From positions 2,356,001-2,420,000 of the forward strand of contig NC_087436.1 in the NCBI RefSeq assembly GCF_036321535.1: a stretch of DNA of 64,000 nt. The letters run 5' to 3'. Position numbers and translations under genes: made by a program. This document shows positions 1 to 10,790 of this stretch, in pieces; positions within the stretch are counted from its first letter, which is position 1; each line of letters opens with the position of its first letter. Origin of the DNA: Camelus dromedarius (lineage: Eukaryota). The notes under the pieces are model-generated. The model searched no databases, was not told the origin of the DNA, and saw nothing but the letters and a program-made list of their open reading frames with translations.

Positions 1-940
1 TTACTCTGGTTTCTCAGTCTGTTTCCTAGTGCCGGTTTGAAGTTCCTGCAGTTTTCACTGTAAAACCGAGGTGGAGCTAGTACCTTCCCATATATATGTA
101 TGGAGTTAAGTTTGCAAGTGAAAAGAAACTATGTGTTCCCAAGAAGCTACGTGAAGGACGGCTTTCACACACACATATCTCTCAGAACTGAGCATGTGGA
201 GAGACGTTCTTTCATCAAGCACAAAGGGAACGGGTTGCAGGAGAAACTTTTACTCTGGTTTCTCAGTCTGTTTCCTAGTGCCGGTTTGAAGTTCCTGCAG
301 TTTTCACTGTAAAATCGAGTTGGAGCTAGTACCTCCCCATATATATGTATGGAGTTTAGTTTGAAATTGAAAAGAGCTTTGTGTTAACAACAAGCTAGGT
401 GAAGGACGGCTTTCACACACACTTATCTCTCAGAACTGAGCATTTGGAGAGACTTTCGTTCATCTACCACAAAGGGAACGGGTTGCAGGAGAAACTATTT
501 CTCTGGTTTCTCAGTCTGTTTCCTGTTGCCGGTTTGAAGTTCCTGCAGTTTTCACTGTACAACCGAGTTGGTGCTAGTACCTCCCCATATATATGTATGG
601 AGTGGAGTTTCAACTGAAAAGAAACTTTGTGTTCCCAAGAGGCTAGGTGAAGGACGGCTTTCACACACACTTATCTCTCTGAACTGACAATGTGTAGAGA
701 GCTTCGTTCATCTAGCACAAATTGAACGGGTTGCAGGAGAAACTTTTCTCTGGTTTCTCAGTCTGTTTCCTAGTGCCGCTTTGAAGTTCCTGCAGTTTTC
801 ACTGTAAAACCGAGTTGGAGCTAGTACCTCCCCATATATATGTATGGAGTTTACTTTGCAAGTTAAAAGAAACTTTGTGTCCCCAACAAGCTAGTTGAAG
901 GATGGCTTTCACTCACACTTATCTCTCTGAACTGAGCATG

Positions 941-3900
941 GGTAGAGAGCTTCGTTCATCTAGCACAAAGGGAACGGTTTGCAGGAGAAACTTATCTCTG
1001 TTTTCTCAGTCTGTTTCCTAGTGCCGGTTTCAAGTTCCTGCAGTTTTCACTGTAAAATCGAGTTGGAGCTAGTACCTCCCCATATATATGTATGGAGTGG
1101 AGTTTGCAACTGAAAGGAACTATGTGTTCCCAAGAAGCTAGGTGAAGGACGGCTTTCACACACACTTATCTCTCAGAACTGAGCATGTGGAGAGACGTTC
1201 GTTCTTCTAGCACAAAGGGAACGGGTTGCAGGAGAAACTTTTACTCTGGTTTCTCAGTCTGTTTCCTAGTGCCGGTTTGAAGTTCCTGCAGTTTTCACTG
1301 TAAAACCGAGTTGGAGCTTGTACCTCCCCATATATATGTATGGAGTGGAGTTTGCAAGTGAAAAGAAACTTTGTGTTCCCAACAAGCTAGTTGAAGGACG
1401 GCCTTCACACACACTTATCTCTCAGAACTGAGCATGTGGAGAGACGTTCGTTCATCTAGCACAAATGGAACGGATTGCAGGAGAAACTTTACTCTGGTTT
1501 CTCAGTCTGTTTCCTAGTGCCGGTTTGAAGTTCCTGCAGTTTTCACTGTAAAACCGAGTTGGAGCTTGTACCTTCCCATATATATGTATGGAGTTAAGTT
1601 TGCAAGTGAAAAGAAATTTTGTGTTCCCAAGAAGCTACGTGAAGGACGGCTTTCACACACACTTATCTCTCAGAACTGAGCATGTGGAGAGACTTTCGTT
1701 CATCTAGCACAAAGGGAACGGGTTGCAGGAGAAACTTTTACTCTGGTTTCTCAGTCTGTTTCCTAGTGCCGGTTTGAAGTTCCTGCAGTTTTCACTGTAA
1801 AATCGAGTTGGAGCTAGTACCTCCCCATATATATGTATGGAGTTTAGTTTGAAAATGAAAAGAAACTTTGTGTTCACAACAAGCTAGGTGAAGGACGGCT
1901 TTCACACACACTTATCTCTCAGAACTGAGCATTTGGAGAGACTTTCGTTCATCTACCACAAAGGGAACGGGTTGCAGGAGAAACTTTTTCTCTGGTTTCT
2001 CAGTCTGTTTCCTGTTGCCGGTTTGAAGTTCCTGCAGTTTTCACTGTACAACCGAGTTGGTGCTAGTACCTCCCCATATATATGTATGGAGTGGTGTTTC
2101 AACTGAAAAGAAAATTTGTGTTCCCAAGAGACTAGGTGAAGTACGGCTTTCACACACACTTATCTCTCTGAACTGACAATGTGTAGAGAGCTTCGTTCAT
2201 CTAGCACAAAGTGAACGGGTTGCAGGGGAAACTTTTCTCTGGTTTCTCAGTCTGTTTCCTAGTGCCGGTTTGAAGTTCCTGCAGTTTTCACTGTAAAACC
2301 GATTTGGAGCTAGTACCTCCCCATATATATGTATGGAGTTTAGTTTGCAATTTAAAAGAATCTTTGTGTCCCCAACAAGCTAGGTGAAGGACGGCTTTCA
2401 CTCACACTTATCTCTCTGAACTGAGCATGGGTAGAGAGCTTCGTTCATCTAGCACAAAGGGAACGGTTTGCAGGAGAAACTTATCTCTGTTTTCTCAGTC
2501 TGTTTCCTAGTGCCGGTTTCAAGTTCCTGCAGTTTTCACTGTAAAACAGAGTTGGAGCTAGTACCTCCCCATATATATGTATGGAGTGGAGTTTGCAATT
2601 GAAAAGAAACTTTGAGTTCCCAACAAGCTATGTGAAGGACGGCTTTCACAAACAATTATCTCTCAGAACTGAGCAAGTGGAGAGACGTTCGTTCATCTAG
2701 TACAAAGGGAACGGGTTGCAGGTGAAACTTTTTCTCTTGTTTCTCAGTCTGTTTCCTGTTGCCGGTTTAAAGTTCCTGCAGTTTTCACTGTAAAACCGAG
2801 TTGGAGCTAGTACCTCCCCATATGTATGTATGGATTGGAGTTTGCAACTGAAAGGAACTTTGTGTTCCCAAGAAGCTAGGTGAAGGACGGCTTTCACACA
2901 CACTTATCTCTCAGAACTGAGCATGTGGAGAGACGTTCGTTCATCTAGCACAAAGGGAACGGGTTGCAGGAGAAACTTTTACTCTGGTTTCTCAGTCTGT
3001 TTCCTAGTGCCGGATTGAAGTTCCTGCAGTTTTCACTGTAAAACCGTGTTGGAGCTTGTACCTCCCCATATATATGGATGGAGTGGAGTTTGCAAGTGAA
3101 AAGAAACTTTGTGTTCCCAACAAGCTAGGTGAAGGACCGCCTTCACACACACTTATCTCTCAGAACTGAGCATGTGGAGAGACGTTCGTTCATCTAGAAA
3201 ATGGGAACGGGTTGCAGGAGAAACTTTACTCTGGTTTCTCAGTCTGTTTCCTAGTGCCGGTTTGAAGTTCTTGCAGTTTTCACTGTAAAACCGAGTTGGA
3301 GCTAGTACCTCCCCATATATATGTATGGAGTTTAGTTTGCAATTGAAAAGAAACTTTGTGTTCCCAACAAGCTAGGTGAAGGACGGCTTTCACACACAAT
3401 TATCTCTCAGAACTGAGCAAGTGGAGAGACGTTCGTTCATCTAGCACAAAAGGAAAGGTTTGCAGGAGAAACTTTTTCTCTGGTTTCTCAGTCTGTTTCC
3501 TGTTGCCGGTTTAAAGTTCCTGCAGTTTTCACTGTAAAACCGAGTTGGAGCTAGTACCTCCCCATATATATGTATGGAGTGTAGTTTGCAACTGAAAGGA
3601 ACTTTGTGTTCCCAAGAATCTATGTGAAGGTCGGCTTTCACACACACTTATCTCTCAGAACTGAGCATGTGGAGAGACGTTCGTTCATCTAGCAAAAATG
3701 GAACGGGTTGCAGGAGAAACTTTTACTCTGGTTTCTCAGTCTGTTTCCTAGTGTCGGTTTGAAGTTCCTGCAGTTTTCACTGTAAAATCGAGTTGGAGCT
3801 AGTACCTCCCCATATATATGTATGGAGTTTAGTTTGCAATTGAAAAGAAACTTTGTGTTCCCAACAAGCTAGTTGAAGGACGGCTTTCACACACAATTAT

Positions 3901-6900
3901 CTCTCAGAACTGAGCAAGTGGAGAGACGTTCGTTCATCTAGCACAAAAGGAACGGTTTGCAGGAGAAACTTTTTCTCTGGTTTCTCAGTCTGTTTCCTGT
4001 TGCCGGTTTAAAGTTCCTGCAGTTTTCACTGTGAAACCGAGTTGGAGCTAGTACCTCCCCATATATATGTATGGAGTGTAGTTTGCAACTGAAAGGAACT
4101 TTGTGTTCCCAAGAATCTATGTGAAGGTCGGCTTTCACACACAATTATCTCTCAGAACTGAGCATGTGGAGAGACGTTCGTTCATGTAGCAAAAATGGAA
4201 CTAGTTGCAGGAGAAACTTTTACTCTGGTTTCTCAGTCTGTTTCCTAGTGCCGGTTTGACGTTCCTGCAGTTTTCACTGTAAAACCGATTTGGATCTAGT
4301 ACCTCCCCAAATATATGTATGGAGTGGGGTTTGCAAGTGAAAAGAAACTTTGTGTTCCCAAAAAGCTGGTTGAAGGACGGCTTTCACACACACTTATCTC
4401 TCAGAACTGAGCATGTGGAGAGACGTTCGTTCATCTAGCAAAAATGGAACGGGTTGCAGGAGAAACTTTTACTCTGGTTTCTCAGTCTGTTTCCTAGTGC
4501 CGGTTTGAAGTTCCTGCAGTTTTCACTGTAAAATCGAGTTGGAGCTAGTACCTCCCCATATATATGTATGGAGTTTAGTTTGAAAATGAAAAGAAACTTT
4601 GTGTTCACAACAAGCTAGGTGAAGGACGGCTTTCACACACACTTATCTCTCAGAACTGAGCATTTGGAGAGACTTTCGTTCATCTACCACAAAGGGAACG
4701 GGTTGCAGGAGAAACTTTTTCTCTGGTTTCTCAGTCTGTTTCCTGTTGCCGGTTTGAAGTTCCTGCAGTTTTCACTGTACAACCGAGTTGGTGCTAGTAC
4801 CTCCCCATATATATGTATGGAGTGGAGTTTCAACTGAAAAGAAACTTTGTGTTCCCAAGAGACTAGGTGAAGGACGGCTTTCACACACACTTATCTCTCT
4901 GAACTGACAATGTGTAGAGAGCTTCGTTCATCTAGCACAAAGTGAACGGGTTGCAGGGGAAACTTTTCTCTGGTTTCTCAGTCTGTTTCCTAGTGCCGGT
5001 TTGAAGTTCCTGCAGTTTTCACTGTAAAACCGATTTGGAGCTAGTACCTCCCCATATATATGTATGGAGTTTAGTTTGCAATTTAAAAGAATCTTTGTGT
5101 CCCCAACAAGCTAGGTGAAGGACGGCTTTCACTCAAACTAATCTCTCTGAACTGAGCATGGGTAGAGAGCTTCGTTCATCTAGCACAAAGGGAACGGTTT
5201 GCAGGAGAAACTTATCTCTGTTTTCTCAGTCTGTTTCCTAGTGCCGGTTTCAAGTTCCTGCAGTTTTCACTGTAAAATCGAGTTGGAGCTAGTACCTCCC
5301 CATATATATGTATGGAGTGGAGTTTGCAACTGAAAGGAACTATGTGTTCCCAAGAAGCTAGGTGAAGGACGGCTTTCACACACACTTATCTCTCAGAACT
5401 GAGCATGTGGAGAGACGTTCGTTCTTCTAGCACAAAGGGAACGGGTTGCAGGAGAAACTTTTACTCTGGTTTCTCAGTCTGTTTCCTAGTGCCGGTTTGA
5501 AGTTCCTGCAGTTTTCACTGTAAAACCGAGTTGGAGCTTGTACCTCCCCATATATATGTATGGAGTGGAGTTTGCAAGTGAAAAGAAACTTTGTGTTCCC
5601 AACAAGCTAGTTGAAGGACGGCCTTCACACACACTTATCTCTCAGAACTGAGCATGTGGAGAGACGTTCGTTCATCTAGCACAAATGGAACGGATTGCAG
5701 GAGAAACTTTACTCTGGTTTCTCAGTCTGTTTCCTAGTGCCGGTTTGAAGTTCCTGCAGTTTTCACTGTAAAACCGAGTTGGAGCTTGTACCTTCCCATA
5801 TATATGTATGGAGTTAAGTTTGCAAGTGAAAAGAAACTTTGTGTTCCCAAGAAGCTACGTGAAGGACGGCTTTCACACACACTTATCTCTCAGAACTGAG
5901 CATGTGGAGAGACTTTCGTTCATCTAGCACAAAGGGAACGGGTTGCAGGAGAAACTTTTACTCTGGTTTCTCAGTCTGTTTCCTAGTGCCGGTTTGAAGT
6001 TCCTGCAGTTTTCACTGTAAAATCGAGTTGGAGCTAGTACCTCCCCATATATATGTATGGAGTTTAGTTTGAAAATGAAAAGAAACTTTGTGTTCACAAC
6101 AAGCTAGGTGAAGGACGGCTTTCACACACACTTATCTCTCAGAACTGAGCATTTGGAGAGACTTTCGTTCATCTACCACAAAGGGAACGGGTTGCAGGAG
6201 AAACTTTTTCTCTGGTTTCTCAGTCTGTTTCCTGTTGCCGGTTTGAAGTTCCTGCAGTTTTCACTGTACAACCGAGTTGGTGCTAGTACCTCCCCATATA
6301 TATGTATGGAGTGGTGTTTCAACTGAAAAGAAAATTTGTGTTCCCAAGAGACTAGGTGAAGTACGGCTTTCACACACACTTATCTCTCTGAACTGACAAT
6401 GTGTAGAGAGCTTCGTTCATCTAGCACAAAGTGAACGGGTTGCAGGGGAAACTTTTCTCTGGTTTCTCAGTCTGTTTCCTAGTGCCGGTTTGAAGTTCCT
6501 GCAGTTTTCACTGTAAAACCGATTTGGAGCTAGTACCTCCCCATATATATGTATGGAGTTTAGTTTGCAATTTAAAAGAATCTTTGTGTCCCCAACAAGC
6601 TAGGTGAAGGACGGCTTTCACTCACACATATCTCTCTGAACTGAGCATGGGTAGAGAGCTTCGTTCATCTAGCACAAAGGGAACGGTTTGCAGGAGAAAC
6701 TTATCTCTGTTTTCTCAGTCTGTTTCCTAGTGCCGGTTTCAAGTTCCTGCAGTTTTCACTGTAAAACAGAGTTGGAGCTAGTACCTCCCCATATATATGT
6801 ATGGAGTGGAGTTTGCAATTGAAAAGAAACTTTGAGTTCCCAACAAGCTATGTGAAGGACGGCTTTCACAAACAATTATCTCTCAGAACTGAGCAAGTGG

Positions 6901-9300
6901 AGAGACGTTCGTTCATCTAGTACAAAGGGAACGGGTTGCAGGTGAAACTTTTTCTCTTGTTTCTCAGTCTGTTTCCTGTTGCCGGTTTAAAGTTCCTGCA
7001 GTTTTCACTGTAAAACCGAGTTGGAGCTAGTACCTCCCCATATGTATGTATGGATTGGAGTTTGCAACTGAAAGGAACTTTGTGTTCCCAAGAAGCTAGG
7101 TGAAGGACGGCTTTCACACACACTTATCTCTCAGAACTGAGCATGTGGAGAGACGTTCGTTCATCTAGCACAAAGGGAACGGGTTGCAGGAGAAACTTTT
7201 ACTCTGGTTTCTCAGTCTGTTTCCTAGTGCCGGATTGAAGTTCCTGCAGTTTTCACTGTAAAACCGTGTTGGAGCTTGTACCTCCCCATATATATGGATG
7301 GAGTGGAGTTTGCAAGTGAAAAGAAACTTTGTGTTCCCAACAAGCTAGGTGAAGGACCGCCTTCACACACACTTATCTCTCAGAACTGAGCATGTGGAGA
7401 GACGTTCGTTCATCTAGAAAATGGGAACGGGTTGCAGGAGAAACTTTACTCTGGTTTCTCAGTCTGTTTCCTAGTGCCGGTTTGAAGTTCTTGCAGTTTT
7501 CACTGTAAAACCGAGTTGGAGCTAGTACCTCCCCATATATATGTATGGAGTTTAGTTTGCAATTGAAAAGAAACTTTGTGTTCCCAACAAGCTAGGTGAA
7601 GGACGGCTTTCACACACAATTATCTCTCAGAACTGAGCAAGTGGAGAGACGTTCGTTCATCTAGCACAAAAGGAAAGGTTTGCAGGAGAAACTTTTTCTC
7701 TGGTTTCTCAGTCTGTTTCCTGTTGCCGGTTTAAAGTTCCTGCAGTTTTCACTGTAAAACCGAGTTGGAGCTAGTACCTCCCCATATATATGTATGGAGT
7801 GTAGTTTGCAACTGAAAGGAACTTTGTGTTCCCAAGAATCTATGTGAAGGTCGGCTTTCACACACACTTATCTCTCAGAACTGAGCATGTGGAGAGACGT
7901 TCGTTCATCTAGCAAAAATGGAACGGGTTGCAGGAGAAACTTTTACTCTGGTTTCTCAGTCTGTTTCCTAGTGTCGGTTTGAAGTTCCTGCAGTTTTCAC
8001 TGTAAAATCGAGTTGGAGCTAGTACCTCCCCATATATATGTATGGAGTTTAGTTTGCAATTGAAAAGAAACTTTGTGTTCCCAACAAGCTAGTTGAAGGA
8101 CGGCTTTCACACACAATTATCTCTCAGAACTGAGCAAGTGGAGAGACGTTCGTTCATCTAGCACAAAAGGAACGGTTTGCAGGAGAAACTTTTTCTCTGG
8201 TTTCTCAGTCTGTTTCCTGTTGCCGGTTTAAAGTTCCTGCAGTTTTCACTGTGAAACCGAGTTGGAGCTAGTACCTCCCCATATATATGTATGGAGTGTA
8301 GTTTGCAACTGAAAGGAACTTTGTGTTCCCAAGAATCTATGTGAAGGTCGGCTTTCACACACAATTATCTCTCAGAACTGAGCATGTGGAGAGACGTTCG
8401 TTCATGTAGCAAAAATGGAACTAGTTGCAGGAGAAACTTTTACTCTGGTTTCTCAGTCTGTTTCCTAGTGCCGGTTTGACGTTCCTGCAGTTTTCACTGT
8501 AAAACCGATTTGGATCTAGTACCTCCCCAAATATATGTATGGAGTGGGGTTTGCAAGTGAAAAGAAACTTTGTGTTCCCAAAAAGCTGGTTGAAGGACGG
8601 CTTTCACACACACTTATCTCTCAGAACTGAGCATGTGGAGAGACGTTCGTTCATCTAGCAAAAATGGAACGGGTTGCAGGAGAAACTTTTACTCTGGTTT
8701 CTCAGTCTGTTTCCTAGTGCCGGTTTGAAGTTCCTGCAGTTTTCACTGTAAAATCGAGTTGGAGCTAGTACCTCCCCATATATATGTATGGAGTTTAGTT
8801 AGAAAATGAAAAGAAACTTTGTGTTCACAACAAGCTAGGTGAAGGACGGCTTTCACACACACTTATCTCTCAGAACTGAGCATTTGGAGAGACTTTCGTT
8901 CATCTACCACAAAGGGAACGGGTTGCAGGAGAAACTTTTTCTCTGGTTTCTCAGTCTGTTTCCTGTTGCCGGTTTGAAGTTCCTGCAGTTTTCACTGTAC
9001 AACCGAGTTGGTGCTAGTACCTCCCCATATATATGTATGGAGTGGAGTTTCAACTGAAAAGAAACTTTGTGTTCCCAAGAGACTAGGTGAAGGACGGCTT
9101 TCACACACACTTATCTCTCTGAACTGACAATGTGTAGAGAGCTTCGTTCATCTAGCACAAAGTGAACGGGTTGCAGGGGAAACTTTTCTCTGGTTTCTCA
9201 GTCTGTTTCCTAGTGCCGGTTTGAAGTTCCTGCAGTTTTCACTGTAAAACCGATTTGGAGCTAGTACCTCCCCATATATATGTATGGAGTTTAGTTTGCA
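941..9300. repeat. Higher-order repeat, 4220 bp period (17 monomers), two near-identical copies
   Basis: Identical ORFs recur at a 4220 offset: 1888/6108, 2697/6917, 3441/7661, 3938/8158, 4619/8839. Private variants recur too, e.g. GGAACTATGTG near 1116 and 5336. Sequence before ~940 differs from its offset partner, which sets the left edge. Confidence 0.92.
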
Positions 9301-10790
9301 ACTGAAAGGAACTTTGTGTTCCCAAGAATCTATGTGAAGGTCGGCTTTCACACACACTTATCTCTCAGAACTGAGCATGTGGAGAGACGTTCGTTCATCT
9401 AGCAAAAATGGAACGGGTTGCAGGAGAAACTTTTACTCTGGTTTCTCAGTCTGTTTCCTAGTGTCGGTTTGAAGTTCCTGCATTTTTCACTGTAAAATCG
9501 AGTTGGAGCTAGTACCTCCCCATATATATGTATGGAGTTTAGTTTGCAATTGAAAAGAAACTTTGTGTTCCCAACAAGCTAGTTGAAGGACGGCTTTCAC
9601 ACACAATTATCTCTCAGAACTGAGCAAGTGGAGAGACGTTCGTTCATCTAGCACAAAAGGAACGGTTTGCAGGAGAAACTTTTTCTCTGGTTTCTCAGTC
9701 TGTTTCCTGTTGCCGGTTTAAAGTTCCTGCAGTTTTCACTGTGAAACCGAGTTGGAGCTAGTACCTCCCCATATATATGTATGGAGTGTAGTTTGCAACT
9801 GAAAGGAACTTTGTGTTCCCAAGAATCTATGTGAAGGTCGGCTTTCACACACAATTATCTCTCAGAACTGAGCATGTGGAGAGACGTTCGTTCATGTAGC
9901 AAAAATGGAACTAGTTGCAGGAGAAACTTTTACTCTGGTTTCTCAGTCTGTTTCCTAGTGCCGGTTTGACGTTCCTGCAGTTTTCACTGTAAAACCGATT
10001 TGGATCTAGTACCTCCCCAAATATATGTATGGAGTGGGGTTTGCAAGTGAAAAGAAACTTTGTGTTCCCAAAAAGCTGGTTGAAGGACGGCTTTCACACA
10101 CACTTATCTCTCAGAACTGAGCATGTGGAGAGACGTTCGTTCATCTAGCAAAAATGGAACGGGTTGCAGGAGAAACTTTTACTCTGGTTTCTCAGTCTGT
10201 TTCCTAGTGCCGGTTTGAAGTTCCTGCAGTTTTCACTGTAAAATCGAGTTGGAGCTAGTACCTCCCCATATATATGTATGGAGTTTAGTTTGAAAATGAA
10301 AAGAAACTTTGTGTTCACAACAAGCTAGGTGAAGGACGGCTTTCACACACACTTATCTCTCAGAACTGAGCATTTGGAGAGACTTTCGTTCATCTACCAC
10401 AAAGGGAACGGGTTGCAGGAGAAACTTTTTCTCTGGTTTCTCAGTCTGTTTCCTGTTGCCGGTTTGAAGTTCCTGCAGTTTTCACTGTACAACCGAGTTG
10501 GTGCTAGTACCTCCCCATATATATGTATGGAGTGGAGTTTCAACTGAAAAGAAACTTTGTGTTCCCAAGAGACTAGGTGAAGGACGGCTTTCACACACAC
10601 TTATCTCTCTGAACTGACAATGTGTAGAGAGCTTCGTTCATCTAGCACAAAGTGAACGGGTTGCAGGGGAAACTTTTCTCTGGTTTCTCAGTCTGTTTCC
10701 TAGTGCCGGTTTGAAGTTCCTGCAGTTTTCACTGTAAAACCGATTTGGAGCTAGTACCTCCCCATATATATGTATGGAGTTTAGTTTGCA
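7811..10790. repeat. 6-monomer tandem duplication (1490 bp), junction near 9292-9301
   Basis: ORF pairs 8158/9648 and 8839/10329 are offset by 1490. ACTGAAAGGA...AAGAATCTATG at 7811 restarts at 9301 inside a monomer whose 5' part is the CGATTTGG/TTTAGT type. The expected continuation (ATTTAAAAGAATC) resumes at 10791. Confidence 0.88.

Noticed and set aside
1..249. Tandem 5S rRNA, tRNA, snRNA or SINE array
   Set aside because: I could not recognise 5S, tRNA cloverleaf or snRNA sequence. GTTCG is not in a convincing A-box/B-box arrangement, and there are no poly(A) tails or target-site duplications.
1329..1338. TATATA as a TATA-box promoter
   Set aside because: It is part of a short AT run present in nearly every monomer, with no downstream gene. 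Promoter function cannot be supported from sequence.
2936..2952. Canonical CENP-B box
   Set aside because: TTCG is not followed by N4-A-N2-CGGG. The spacing is 20 nt rather than 7, and I saw no match on the reverse strand.
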